DNA of 64,000 nucleotides from a virus, in the IMG/VR virus record IMGVR_UViG_3300009128_000011, positions 8,017-72,016 of that record, one strand, 5' to 3'. The notes beneath the pieces were generated by a model. It worked only from the letters and a program-made list of their open reading frames with translations, had not been told where the DNA came from and did not search any database. The position numbers and the translations under genes were made by a program. How positions within the stretch are numbered: position 1 is the first letter of the stretch; each line of letters starts with the position of its first letter. Positions 26,643-36,865 of the stretch are shown piece after piece.

Positions 26643-28574
26643 GTGAAGACCCTCGAGTTCGATGCCGGACCAGACCAGATCCTCGAAGAGGTGGAGCAGG
26701 ACGGCGAGACGCTCGTGCGCGTTCGACGCAAGGTGGCGTTCCTCACCGACCCCTCCGGCAACGCGATCAGCACCGTGACGAAGCCTGCCAGCGGCGAGAC
26801 GTTCACCGCTGTGAAGGGGGAGACCCCCGCGGAGGACGCGCTCAAGGGGGCGGTGCCCAAGCACGCCCCGCCGAAGGAAGACCAGGCCACGGCGTGGGAC
26901 GCGGCGGCAGCGAAGGGGCGGCTGCAGGAGTGGGCGAGCTCCGACGGTTCCGGCGACAAGGACAAGATCGGCTGGGACAAGTACGCCACCGGCTTCGGCT
27001 GGTTCGACTCGGCCGACAAGGAGAACCTGGGCGCGTACAAGCTCCCCCACCACGACGTGGTCGACGGGGAGCTCAAGACCAACTTCAGGGGCGTCGCCGC
27101 GGCCATGGCCGCCCTCAATGGCGGCCGCGGCGGCGTGGTGCTGACCGACCGGGAGGCCGTCTACGCCCACCTGGTCGACCACTACGAGCAGTTCGACGCG
27201 GAGCCCCCGGCACTCAAGGCGGAGGACGACATGGACGACGCCGAAAAGGCCGATGCTCTGGCCGAGGCGGAGAAGGGTCTGGGGGAGCGGCTCGTGGCCG
27301 CGGTCAAGCAGGCCTTCGGCATGGTGCCGGAGCTGGACCCCGAGGAGACGGACGCCCAGAAGGCGACCATCTCCCCCGTCACCATCGACGAGGGGATCGC
27401 CCGGGACAAGTTCTGGGACCTCAAGTGGGCGTTCTCCGATGCCCTCTGCACGATCATGTGGGACGACGACCTGGAGGCTGACCGGGCCACGCTGCTCGCC
27501 GCTCTCTGCGACGACTTCAAGGCTCGAGCCCTGGCGATCCTCCCTGTCGTGACCGCGCAGAAGTCGGAGGACGACGGCGAGGCCATCAAGGAGCACGCGG
27601 CCGCGTCCTACGCTCTGTCCGAGAAGGCCGGCAAGGTCATCTCGGCGGCCAACATGATGAAGCTGAAGGCGGCCACGGAGGCACTCCAGGCCGTGCTCGA
27701 CAAGGCCAGCCCGCCGCCGCCCCCCGCCGAGACCGAGGAGTCGGAGGACGAGGCGGAGAAGGCCGACGTGCCCCCGCAGTTCCAGACGGACGGCGAGGGC
27801 GACGAGGACGAGGACGAGGACGAGACGAGCAAGGCAACGCCGCCCCCCGAGGGCGAGACCGAGCCGGAGCCCCCGGCCGCCAAGAAGGAGATCGACATGG
27901 ACGCGGAGACCCTCAAGGCCCTGCACGAGAAGGTCGAGGCGGCCAAGGCCGCGGACGACATGGACGCCATGAAGGCGGCCCTCGACGAGATCGGCGTCGC
28001 CCTCAAGGGCGAGGAGCCGGGCGTGGAGGAGGTCGCCCAGAAGGCGGTCGCCGGCGCGGTCAAGGACGCCGTCGCCGAGGCGCTGAAGGAGGCGGGTCTC
28101 GAGGCCATCGCCACCCGCGGCACCAACACGCTCACGGTGCTCAAGGCACTGGTGGGGATGCCGGTCGACGGCGACGAGGACCCGCTCGGCGACGAGGTCG
28201 TGCGGCTGCTCAACGCGGCCCGCACCGAGGACGCCATCGCCAACGCCGGCCCGGGCACGCTCGACAGCGGCCCGGCCGCCCAGTCCCTGGGTGGCGGTCC
28301 CGCGGTCCCGACCTCGGGCACGCAGCGGGGTGGTCGCACCTCGGTGAAGGGCGAGGGCGACGGTGAGGAGTTGCCGGCCGAGGTCGACTCCATCGCGGCC
28401 CTCAAGGAGCACTTCGACGGGCAGGTCATGACCCTGCGGGAGAAGCTCGCCGAGACCCGTGGGGAGCTCAACGCGGTGAAGGGCGCGCGTCCCGCCGGGA
28501 GCGCCCCCCTCAACGGGCCGCAGACCGAGCCGGCCGCCGGTGGCTGGAGCGTCGGTTCCGGCCTCTTCGACTAG
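26643..28574 (+). CDS. Capsid scaffold / head assembly protein
   Basis: N-terminal ISTVTKPA..F..VK, a phage-type WD....YKLPHH...HL..HY domain, long acidic coiled coil; directly before the MCP. Confidence 0.7.
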   Translation: MKTLEFDAGPDQILEEVEQDGETLVRVRRKVAFLTDPSGNAISTVTKPASGETFTAVKGETPAEDALKGAVPKHAPPKEDQATAWDAAAAKGRLQEWASSDGSGDKDKIGWDKYATGFGWFDSADKENLGAYKLPHHDVVDGELKTNFRGVAAAMAALNGGRGGVVLTDREAVYAHLVDHYEQFDAEPPALKAEDDMDDAEKADALAEAEKGLGERLVAAVKQAFGMVPELDPEETDAQKATISPVTIDEGIARDKFWDLKWAFSDALCTIMWDDDLEADRATLLAALCDDFKARALAILPVVTAQKSEDDGEAIKEHAAASYALSEKAGKVISAANMMKLKAATEALQAVLDKASPPPPPAETEESEDEAEKADVPPQFQTDGEGDEDEDEDETSKATPPPEGETEPEPPAAKKEIDMDAETLKALHEKVEAAKAADDMDAMKAALDEIGVALKGEEPGVEEVAQKAVAGAVKDAVAEALKEAGLEAIATRGTNTLTVLKALVGMPVDGDEDPLGDEVVRLLNAARTEDAIANAGPGTLDSGPAAQSLGGGPAVPTSGTQRGGRTSVKGEGDGEELPAEVDSIAALKEHFDGQVMTLREKLAETRGELNAVKGARPAGSAPLNGPQTEPAAGGWSVGSGLFD

Positions 28575-28634
28575 GGAACGACGGCGCCGCTGGGCGCAGG
28601 AGCAGAAGCCCCCAGACGGGGCGGGAGAGCCAGC

Positions 28635-29912
28635 ATGAACCACGACGCCGCACGCATCCAGGAATTCGCCAAGCGTCTGCGCTCCTTGAAGGGCGACGGG
28701 CCGATGACGACCCTCAACACGGGGACGGCATCGTTCATCAACGGCACCTTCTTCAGGGGGCTGATGGACGACACGGTCTCGCTGAGCAAGTGGCTCAGGG
28801 CCGGCGCCCACATGATCGAGGTCGACCCGGGCCAGGAGTCGATCCAGGTCGGCAACTGGGACGACGTGCGGTGGACGCACATCCCGGACGCGGACGAGGG
28901 CGACCCGACGGCCTTCGACGCCACCGTGCGCCCGACCTACCGCGAGGTGCTGATCGCCTGTCAGCACATGGGCATGGAGATGGAGCTCTCCATGCGCAAC
29001 CAGAAGAAGGTCAAGGCCCGTCTGAACGCGGACCTGCGGCGGGAGAGCGAGGTCGGCTTCGCCACCGCGCTCGGCAACAACATGGCTCGGAGCTTCATCC
29101 GGGGGGACGTCACCTCCGCCGACCCGAGCCTCAACGGGTTCGACGGCCTGCGGGTGCGGGCGGCGGCTCAGGGCCGCGTGGTCTCGCTGGCGGAAAACGT
29201 CGGCGGCGTCCTGGTGGCGACCGCCTTCGACCCCAACACGGCCTTCCAGACGGCGCTCCTGCAGATGCCCGAGGGGCTGCGGACCGACAAGCTCCGCTGG
29301 TACGGGCACAACAACCTGTGGCTCGAGTGGATGCGCTGGCTGCAGGCCAGCGGCACCGCCGAGCGTACCCGGGACGGCCTGGCCCGCGATGCCCTGGTCG
29401 ACGGGGTCATCCCGCCGGCGAACGGCTACCTGCCTCTGCAGATCCCGCAGTGGCCGGCGGACGAGGGCCCGCAGGGCGTGCCCGACGCGGTGGCGGACGA
29501 CGGCGACGGCACGATGACCATCCGGGTCAACGTGATCCTGCCGGACCTCAACGACTACTCGGGCCGGCGCGTGCGGGTCACCTACCTGCCCAACGGCGAG
29601 TTCGAGAACCTGACCGTCGCGCAGCCCGTCGTCGGGCAGAACGCCGTGGAGACGGCGGGCTCCCTCGGCCAGCCGGCCGCGGCGCTGGACGTGGTGGCGG
29701 CCAACTACACCGTCGAGGTCATCGACGAGACCACGCTGATGCTGGTCGACCCCTACAACTGCCTGCTGCCGGTCGAGAACGAGATGCTGGCCATCAAGTC
29801 CTTCGAGGGCCGGGGCCTGACCTACAACGACATCGTGCACGCGTTCATGGACAGCCGCCTGCTCCGTCCGGACGCCGTCGTGCTGCTCACTGGCATCTGG
29901 GTGCAGGGGTAG
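28635..29912 (+). CDS. Major capsid protein (P2 gpN/XkdG-like) with an inserted beta domain
   Basis: Position and size; GDVTSADPSLNGFDGL, LLQMPEGLR, MLVDPYNC motifs. Confidence 0.8.
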   Translation: MNHDAARIQEFAKRLRSLKGDGPMTTLNTGTASFINGTFFRGLMDDTVSLSKWLRAGAHMIEVDPGQESIQVGNWDDVRWTHIPDADEGDPTAFDATVRPTYREVLIACQHMGMEMELSMRNQKKVKARLNADLRRESEVGFATALGNNMARSFIRGDVTSADPSLNGFDGLRVRAAAQGRVVSLAENVGGVLVATAFDPNTAFQTALLQMPEGLRTDKLRWYGHNNLWLEWMRWLQASGTAERTRDGLARDALVDGVIPPANGYLPLQIPQWPADEGPQGVPDAVADDGDGTMTIRVNVILPDLNDYSGRRVRVTYLPNGEFENLTVAQPVVGQNAVETAGSLGQPAAALDVVAANYTVEVIDETTLMLVDPYNCLLPVENEMLAIKSFEGRGLTYNDIVHAFMDSRLLRPDAVVLLTGIWVQG

Positions 29913-29973
29913 GAAGAGGCCGGGGTAGCCCGGCATATCTGACGCGCCGCATCCCGGCGGCGGCGGAGGGAAG

Positions 29974-30630
29974 ATGACGAAGCCGACCCACATCAACGTC
30001 TACGAGGCCACCGGCCACCTGACCATCGCGTCGGCCGGGATCCACGTGCGTCCCGGCCAGAAGATGAACGGGACGCCGGGGACGCCGCTGGACGACATCC
30101 TGAGCAGCCTGGTGGGACGCGGGTTCAAGCCGCCGGTCGTGGAGCCCCTGACGACGGCCGGAGCGCATGCCGAGGCGGCCGCGGAGCACGCCATCCGGGC
30201 AGAACTCGCCAAGCTCACCGACCAGATCATGGCCGAGCGGCGTCAGCGGGCCGACGCAGAGCGGGCGGCATCGGAGGCCGTCAACGACGCACAGCGGATG
30301 GCGCAGGAGGCCGACGAGGTCGTCTCCGAGATGCGTCAGCAGGTGGCCGAGCTGTCGGCCGACCTGACCGCCCTGCGGGCGACCGACGCCGAGCGCCAGG
30401 CGGAGATCGACCAGCTCGGTTTCGACCTCGACAACGCCAGGGAGCGCGAGACGGCTCTCAAGGGGGAGATCGATGGCGCCACCGTCGTCAAGACGGGGTT
30501 CGTCGCCATCAGCGAGGAGGAGCTTTCGGAGCTCCGAGCGCAGGCCGTCAAGCCGAAGAAGACGAAGAAGACCACGGCGAAGCCCAAGAAGGCGAAGCCG
30601 AAGAAGAAGACGAAGGCGAAGACCAAGTAG
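29974..30630 (+). CDS. Hypothetical coiled-coil protein with a Lys-rich tail
   Basis: GGAGGG SD; follows the MCP. Confidence 0.7.
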   Translation: MTKPTHINVYEATGHLTIASAGIHVRPGQKMNGTPGTPLDDILSSLVGRGFKPPVVEPLTTAGAHAEAAAEHAIRAELAKLTDQIMAERRQRADAERAASEAVNDAQRMAQEADEVVSEMRQQVAELSADLTALRATDAERQAEIDQLGFDLDNARERETALKGEIDGATVVKTGFVAISEEELSELRAQAVKPKKTKKTTAKPKKAKPKKKTKAKTK

Positions 30631-30660
30631 CGGCCGAGCCGCCCATCGGAGGACCCGAGC

Positions 30661-31269
30661 ATGAGCAAGGACTACTACCAGGGTCGCAAGGACTACGGGA
30701 CGGACCGTCGCTACGTCGTCGAGGGGGCCCGGGCGTTCGCCCCGACGACCGCCTCGACCCAGACGGGGGCGGCCGGCGCGAACCAGACCACGATCCGGGT
30801 CAACGCGGACCGTGGTGTCGTGCGGCTGCCGGGCATCGTCACCCGCCCCGACCTGGGGGACGGGGCGCCGCAGCGCATGCAGCTCGACGACGGCGCCATC
30901 GACGACCTGGCCGCCGAGGTCGACACCGTTCTGCTGCCGGCGACGGCCGCGTGGGTGGCGCTCAACTTCGAGCGCACGATCTACCGGGTCGCCGCCTACG
31001 ACATGCAGAACCAGGCGGTCCGCTACGTCAACGTGGCGGGGACGGCGCAGGCGGACGCCGGCGTGGCCGGCGCGCCCCTCTGGCCGACCGTGGCGCAGAT
31101 CCGGACGGCCATCGACTCCGACGCCGACCACCTGATCCCGTGGGAGATCGTGTACGGGGTGCGGGTGCGGCGGACGGGGGACCTGGTCATCGTGGTCACC
31201 TACGACAACACCCAGCGGCCCCTCGGTGTGCAGCGGGCGGCCAACGCGCAGTTCACCGAGCAGGTGTAG
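30661..31269 (+). CDS. Probable virion structural/decoration protein
   Basis: GGAGG SD; within the head operon; beta-rich composition. Confidence 0.6.
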   Translation: MSKDYYQGRKDYGTDRRYVVEGARAFAPTTASTQTGAAGANQTTIRVNADRGVVRLPGIVTRPDLGDGAPQRMQLDDGAIDDLAAEVDTVLLPATAAWVALNFERTIYRVAAYDMQNQAVRYVNVAGTAQADAGVAGAPLWPTVAQIRTAIDSDADHLIPWEIVYGVRVRRTGDLVIVVTYDNTQRPLGVQRAANAQFTEQV

Positions 31270-31281
31270 AGGGAGAAAACC

Positions 31282-31740
31282 ATGGCCTGGCAGCTCGATT
31301 TCGCCAATCTCCCGTCCCCGACGAAGCTCATCGTCGGGCTCCTCCAGCGAATCCGCGACCGGATCCACACGTGGGAGGACCAGCCGCTCGTGCAGGGCGA
31401 CCGGCTCACCGGCGCCGGCACAGCGGGGCTCGGGGACGTCACCGCCGCGCTGGTCGCGGGGGCCAGGTACGACGTCACCTTCAACGACACGCTCGGCCCG
31501 GTGCCGAACGCGGGTGCGGGGCCGATGTTCTGCCAGCTCTCGACGGCGGCGGCCTTCGGTGCCGCAGGTGCCCCGGCCGTCGCCACCCTGGCGGGGGGGC
31601 TGCAGCTCCAGCATGGGGACAGCCGCTACATCCGCGTCCCGTCGACCGGCGGTCCGCACTACCTGTTCGCCCTGTTCCCCCACGCAGCGGCCTACGCCAC
31701 CGTGACGCAGTCCGACGAGCGGTCGGAGATCGACTCGTAG
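31282..31740 (+). CDS. Probable virion structural protein
   Basis: GGGAG SD; Ala/Gly/Thr-rich. Confidence 0.6.
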   Translation: MAWQLDFANLPSPTKLIVGLLQRIRDRIHTWEDQPLVQGDRLTGAGTAGLGDVTAALVAGARYDVTFNDTLGPVPNAGAGPMFCQLSTAAAFGAAGAPAVATLAGGLQLQHGDSRYIRVPSTGGPHYLFALFPHAAAYATVTQSDERSEIDS

Positions 31741-31772
31741 CAGGAGCGGGCTGACGCCCGCGAGGAGACGCC

Positions 31773-34700
31773 TTGCCCCCGAGCTCCCGGCGCCCGGGTG
31801 GCCGGGCTCGGAACCGGGGAGGGTACGTCCCCCCTGGCACCGCGCCACCACCTCCCGAGCCCTTCGACTGCGACGTCCCTCCTCTCGCCGTCTCCGGCGA
31901 CCTGCGGGTCATCTGGCTCGTCCCGTACTGGGATCGGCTGGATGGCCTCGTGCGGGGCACGGAGGACCTCTCCGGCTGGCTGGACCAGCAGCCCGGCGTC
32001 TCGTCGGAGATCTGGTCCGAACTGCCGCCGAAGCGCGAGGGCGCGCTACATGCGCCTGTAGGGCGCTACCTACCGCTGGATCACCGTCCGACGGTGGTGG
32101 TCTCGACGACGACGGCGACGACCCCGTGGCTGTGCCGCCCGGGCGCGGCGCGGCGCCCCGTCCCCACCGCGGTCTACGTCCACGGGGAGTCGAGCTGGGA
32201 GCCGGTGCGGCAGGCAGGCCTGCTGGACCAGGTGCGGACGTGGTTCGTCCCGTCCGCGGTGTTCGACTGGTCGACGTTCACCGACTGGGCCAAGGCGCGC
32301 CAGGTGGTGCAGGTGCAGCCGGGCTTCATGCCAGACGCGTACCGCCCCCGCGGGCGCCCCCCGAAGCGGGCGGGCGTCCTGGCGATCAACCCGTGCTTCG
32401 GCAAGGGGGCGAGGACCCTGCTGTCGATGGCTCGGGCGATGCCGGACGTGGCGTTCACTCTCGTGCTCGCCAGCATCCAGCCGGCCTACCGAGGATTGGG
32501 CGACCTGCCGAACGTCAAGATCGTGCAGCCGCAAGAGGATCTGCGGCCGTACTACGCCCGGGCGCAGGTGTACGTCAGCCCCACGCACTCGGAGACGTTC
32601 GGCCGTACGGTGGCGGAGGCGCAGGCGGCGGGGACGCCGTGCGTGGTCTCCGACCTGGCGACCCTACGGGCGACCGCGGGGGACGGCGCTCTGTACTGCG
32701 TCCCTGACGTGGTCGGCCCCTGGGTGGAGGCGTGCCGGGCCATCCTGGACGACGAGCAGACGTGGCAGGAGCGCTCCGAGGCGGCTCTCACCAACGCTGC
32801 CCGCTACGAGGCGCAGGAGGACTTCCACGTCTTGCTGTCGACGCTGCGTTCTCTGGCGCCTGCGGTCGCAGCCCCCGTGCCCCGGACGCGGCCGCAGGCG
32901 CCTCCCCCCCCTCCTGCGGCGTGCCGGGAACTCCCTCGTTCCGGCGACCCCTTCCCCCAGGGCGCCGTCCTCCACCTCGGCGCCGGCGGGAAGCGGGTCA
33001 AGGGGTACGTCAACACGGACGTGCGCAAGGCCCAGGCCCCCGATGGGGTGGTGGTGGACGTGCAGCGGACGCCGCTGCCGGCGCGGCGCTTCGGCGCGAT
33101 CTACGCCTGCCACCTGCTCGAGCATCTGTACCCCGAGGAGACGGTCCCGATCCTGCGCCGCTGGCTGCAGGCGCTTCAGCCCGGGGGGACCGTCCGGCTG
33201 TCGGTCCCCGACCTGCGGCTGGTGGTGGCCAACTGCGTGGAGTCGCAGTCGTTCGGGCCGAACCCCGACGCGCCGCTCTTCGGGGACTTCCGCAAGGCGG
33301 CCCACGACTGGGACCGGCACAAGCGGTCGTTCACCGTCGAGATCCTGACGCGCCTGCTGGGGGAGGCGGGCTACGTCAACGTGCGGCCGTGGGTGCCGTC
33401 GCAGTACCCCGAGATCGCTGCGGTGCGGGACTGGAGTTCCTACGCCACGATCTCGCTCAACCTCGAGGCCGACCGGCCCGAGGAGCGCGCGCTGACTCCG
33501 ACGCTGCCGGGGGGGCCGACCCCTGTCGAGGCGGCTGCGCCCGGGGAGCACGTCGAACTGTCGGTCATCATCGGGACCTACAACCGCCTGGAGATGCTGC
33601 AGACGTTCGTCGCCAGCGTGCGCAACGGGGTCGTGCTGGCCGGGGCCGCAGAGCCGATCTGCTCCTACGAGTTCGTGGTCGCGGACGGCGGTTCGACCGA
33701 CGGGACGCTTCCCTGGTTGGCCGAGCAGCATGACGTGCGCGTGGTGCACGGTGGGCTGACGGGAGCCATCGACGCGTTCAACGCGGCCTACGAGGCGTCT
33801 TGGGGCGAGCTGGTCATGCACGCCAACGACGACACCCGCGTCGAGGGCGACGGGGTGGCCGTGGCGGTCGAGTACCTGCGGGCCCATCCCGAGGTGGGCC
33901 AGGTGGTCTTCGAGTGGACGCGGGACGGCGGGAAGACCTGGAGGCACGACGGGACGCAGCTCGGCGACGTGCCCCCGCACCCCAACCAGGCGGTGACGCG
34001 CCGCCTGGCCATCGAGGACACCATCGCCCACGAGCTGGGCGCCTTCTGGGGCGATGAGGAGCGCCGGACGCACAAGACCTACGGCGGCGACACCTACCAG
34101 TGGGTGGTGCTGGCGCGGCGGGGGTGGCAGGCGGTGGGGCTCCCGGGGCGCTGCCGGATCCACGACTACATGCACGAGGCGGACGACGAGCTGCGGGAGG
34201 CCAACCTGGTCGGGACGGGGCCCGGGTCGGACCACGCGCTCAACTTCCGCAAGATGTCCGGCGTCGGACGGCCCGGATGCTGGGACCTCGAGATCCCCGG
34301 GAGTGGGTGGCCGCACGTCTACGTGGCCGAGCCGGGCCGGCCGGCGCGGCGTTCGCCCATCGCCGCCGGGCCGGAGGAGCGTCCTCTCGTGCTCCACATG
34401 GGGTGGGGGCCGGAGCCGCTGGACGGTCTGCGCCGGGCCTTCGCTCGCATGGGGCCGTACCGGGACGTGCCGTGGGTGCCGTTGCTCAACAACGGCGGCC
34501 CTCCGGCCATCGAGGAGGGGGTGCTACGCGCCGCCGCCGAGCTGCAGCCGACTCTGGTCTGGATGCAGATCCAGCGTGGCGACCAGTTCCCCATGAGCAC
34601 GATCCGCAAGCTGCGGGAGGTCGTGCCGCCGGAGTGCCTCCTGATCTCCTGGAACGGGGACGTCCGAACGGGGGGGACGGCCTCCATGGAGGCGTGGCAG

Positions 34701-35393
34701 GCCGAGGTGGGTCGTCTCGTCGACCTGTACCTGGTCAGCAACAACACGCAGCCGGGCATGCTCGCGTCCGAGGGGGTGCGAGCCGGCTACCTGCCGGTCG
34801 GCTACGACCCGCACCTGTCGGACTACCGTCGGGACGCGGGGCCGCAGGAGGGTGAAGGGGGGGTGGTGTTCGCCGGGCAGATGTACTGCCGGCTCGACCA
34901 CGGATTCCGCCGCCGGCTCTTCGAGGCGGTGGCGCAGCGCTTCCCTGGACACCTGACGCTGTTCGGGGGGCTGTGGGACCACTCGCCCATCCTCAAACCG
35001 TGCTGCGGTGGGCAGCGGGACCAGGAGGCCATGAGCTACGTCTACAGCCGAGCACGGGTCTCGGTGGCAACGTCGCTGTTCACGGACCTGCGTCGCTACA
35101 CCTCCGACAGGCTCAAGCGCATGCTCGGCAGCGGGGCGGTCACGGCGCTGCATGCCCTCGACGACTACGAGGGGCTCGGGATCCGCGACGGCGTGCACGC
35201 GCTGATCTGGCGTGACCAGCAGGATCTGCTCGGTCTCCTCGTCGACTGGCTGCGCCCGGAGCGAGACGGCGCTCGCCGGGCACTCCGGGAGGCGGCGCAC
35301 GCGCTGGCGTTGGAGTCCATGACCTGGGACGTGATCGTGGAGAACCTGCTCGCCATCGTGCGGGCGGAGAGGCACCGGAGGGCGACGTGCTGA
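31773..35393 (+). CDS. Four-domain protein: GT4 glycosyltransferase + SAM methyltransferase + GT2 glycosyltransferase + CgeB-like glycosyltransferase
   Basis: ETFGRTVAEAQAAGTPCVVSD; LHLGAG...ACHLLEHL...LQPGG; SVIIGTYNR...DGGSTDGT...NDD; GYDP...VVFAG...YTSDRL. Confidence 0.9.
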   Translation: MPPSSRRPGGRARNRGGYVPPGTAPPPPEPFDCDVPPLAVSGDLRVIWLVPYWDRLDGLVRGTEDLSGWLDQQPGVSSEIWSELPPKREGALHAPVGRYLPLDHRPTVVVSTTTATTPWLCRPGAARRPVPTAVYVHGESSWEPVRQAGLLDQVRTWFVPSAVFDWSTFTDWAKARQVVQVQPGFMPDAYRPRGRPPKRAGVLAINPCFGKGARTLLSMARAMPDVAFTLVLASIQPAYRGLGDLPNVKIVQPQEDLRPYYARAQVYVSPTHSETFGRTVAEAQAAGTPCVVSDLATLRATAGDGALYCVPDVVGPWVEACRAILDDEQTWQERSEAALTNAARYEAQEDFHVLLSTLRSLAPAVAAPVPRTRPQAPPPPPAACRELPRSGDPFPQGAVLHLGAGGKRVKGYVNTDVRKAQAPDGVVVDVQRTPLPARRFGAIYACHLLEHLYPEETVPILRRWLQALQPGGTVRLSVPDLRLVVANCVESQSFGPNPDAPLFGDFRKAAHDWDRHKRSFTVEILTRLLGEAGYVNVRPWVPSQYPEIAAVRDWSSYATISLNLEADRPEERALTPTLPGGPTPVEAAAPGEHVELSVIIGTYNRLEMLQTFVASVRNGVVLAGAAEPICSYEFVVADGGSTDGTLPWLAEQHDVRVVHGGLTGAIDAFNAAYEASWGELVMHANDDTRVEGDGVAVAVEYLRAHPEVGQVVFEWTRDGGKTWRHDGTQLGDVPPHPNQAVTRRLAIEDTIAHELGAFWGDEERRTHKTYGGDTYQWVVLARRGWQAVGLPGRCRIHDYMHEADDELREANLVGTGPGSDHALNFRKMSGVGRPGCWDLEIPGSGWPHVYVAEPGRPARRSPIAAGPEERPLVLHMGWGPEPLDGLRRAFARMGPYRDVPWVPLLNNGGPPAIEEGVLRAAAELQPTLVWMQIQRGDQFPMSTIRKLREVVPPECLLISWNGDVRTGGTASMEAWQAEVGRLVDLYLVSNNTQPGMLASEGVRAGYLPVGYDPHLSDYRRDAGPQEGEGGVVFAGQMYCRLDHGFRRRLFEAVAQRFPGHLTLFGGLWDHSPILKPCCGGQRDQEAMSYVYSRARVSVATSLFTDLRRYTSDRLKRMLGSGAVTALHALDDYEGLGIRDGVHALIWRDQQDLLGLLVDWLRPERDGARRALREAAHALALESMTWDVIVENLLAIVRAERHRRATC

Positions 35394-35938
35394 GGCGGCT
35401 GCGCCGGTGGCTCGTCGGGGACCGCGGCTTCGTGGTGTGGCTCACCGGTCTGCCGTGCTCGGGCAAGACCACGATGGCGAACCTGCTGGCGGGGGAGTTG
35501 CGTCGCCGTGGGCGCGGGGTGCTCGTCCTCGACGGCGACGCTGTGCGAGGAGGGCTCTCCTCCGATCTCGCCTTCGGGGACGAGGACCGGGCCGAGAACC
35601 TGCGCCGGCTACGGGAGGTTGCCCGGCTGGCTGCTCCCCAGGGGCTGGTGGTGGTCGTGGCAGCCATCACGCCCTACGAGAGCGAGCGGTTGAAGGTCCG
35701 CACGATGCCCGGGACTCTCCTGGCCTGGTGCAACGCGCCGGTGGCCGTCTGCGAGAGGCGGGACGTCAAGGGGATGTGGGCCAGGGCAAGGAAGGGGGAG
35801 ATCGAAGACTTCACCGGGGTGGACGGCCCCTACGACCAGCCGGCCACGTTCGACGTGCAGCTCTACACGGACTCGCTGACGGAGACAGCCGCGTTGCGGC
35901 AACTCTGGACAGCGCTTCGGGCCAAGGGGTGGGTGTGA
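35387..35938 (+). CDS. cysC: Adenylyl-sulfate (APS) kinase
   Basis: VWLTGLPCSGKTT, LDGDAVR, DRAENLRR, CERRDVKG, FTGVDGPY. Confidence 0.95.
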   Translation: MLRRLRRWLVGDRGFVVWLTGLPCSGKTTMANLLAGELRRRGRGVLVLDGDAVRGGLSSDLAFGDEDRAENLRRLREVARLAAPQGLVVVVAAITPYESERLKVRTMPGTLLAWCNAPVAVCERRDVKGMWARARKGEIEDFTGVDGPYDQPATFDVQLYTDSLTETAALRQLWTALRAKGWV

Positions 35939-36864
35939 CACGGCTCGTCCTGACCATCGACTGGCGCACGGCCGCGGCGGGCTGGCCCGGGGGGCAGCTC
36001 TACCTGCTCGACCTCGAGAGGCACGAGGTGCTCCACCACTACGTGGGGCCGCTCAAGCCCGCGGCGCTGACGCAGCCCGGGGGGTGGACGGGCTTCCGCG
36101 GCGTGTTCTGCCGCAACGGCCAGGCGTGGGTGGCGGACGCCGACAGCTTCCGGGTGTTCGACCTCGCCGGCGACCGCTTCCGGCTGGCCGAGGCGTGGAC
36201 CGCCCGGCGTTGGTACGACATCCACGACACCTGGCCGGACGCTGACGGCAAGACCTGGTGGGCGACCTCGACGTCTTCCGACGAGGTGGTGCGCTTCCGC
36301 AAGCACGGAGCGCACCTGCTGGCGACGGAGGAGATCTGGGACGCCTACCTCGACCCCGCGGTGGTCAATCCCGACACGGGGATGACGGGGCGCCGGAACG
36401 ACCTGCACCACATCAACTCGGTGTGCATCCACGGCGAGCAGCGGTGGGCGCTGGCGCACCGGGGCGGCAAGGTGATCCGCTTCGCCCCTGGCCCGACGTG
36501 GGTCCACCCCCATCCGGTGTACGGCGGTCACTCGCTGCGGATCACGCCCACCGGTGGCGTCCTCGTCCTCGACACGAAGGCAGAGAAGGTGTTCCTCCTC
36601 GACCCCCGGGGCGGCCCTCCTGTGCGCTCCATCGACTGCGGAGCCAAGCGGCTCGCCCCGAAGATCAACCCCAACACGGGCAAGCGGGCGGATTCCGGCT
36701 GGCTGCGTGGGTGCTGCGTGCTCGACGGGCAGCATGCGGTGGTGGCGACCTCGCCGGCGCAGCTCTTCGTGGTCAACTACAGGACGGGGAAGGTCGAGGA
36801 CTACTGGTGGATCGACAAGAAGGACGTCCGGGCGTCGACCTTCGGTCTGGACGTCGTGAGGTAG
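35935..36864 (+). CDS. Beta-propeller protein (DUF4915-like)
   Basis: GFRG, DIHD, DLHHINSV, GGHS, GWLRG blade motifs; GTGA overlap with cysC. Confidence 0.65.
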   Translation: MTRLVLTIDWRTAAAGWPGGQLYLLDLERHEVLHHYVGPLKPAALTQPGGWTGFRGVFCRNGQAWVADADSFRVFDLAGDRFRLAEAWTARRWYDIHDTWPDADGKTWWATSTSSDEVVRFRKHGAHLLATEEIWDAYLDPAVVNPDTGMTGRRNDLHHINSVCIHGEQRWALAHRGGKVIRFAPGPTWVHPHPVYGGHSLRITPTGGVLVLDTKAEKVFLLDPRGGPPVRSIDCGAKRLAPKINPNTGKRADSGWLRGCCVLDGQHAVVATSPAQLFVVNYRTGKVEDYWWIDKKDVRASTFGLDVVR

Positions 36865-36865
36865 C

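Noticed and set aside
26514-29996. Very long antisense ORFs (e.g. 1160 aa here; also 49743-52685 and 58957-61869)
   Set aside because: Shadow frames of GC-rich genes on the opposite strand; no motifs of their own.
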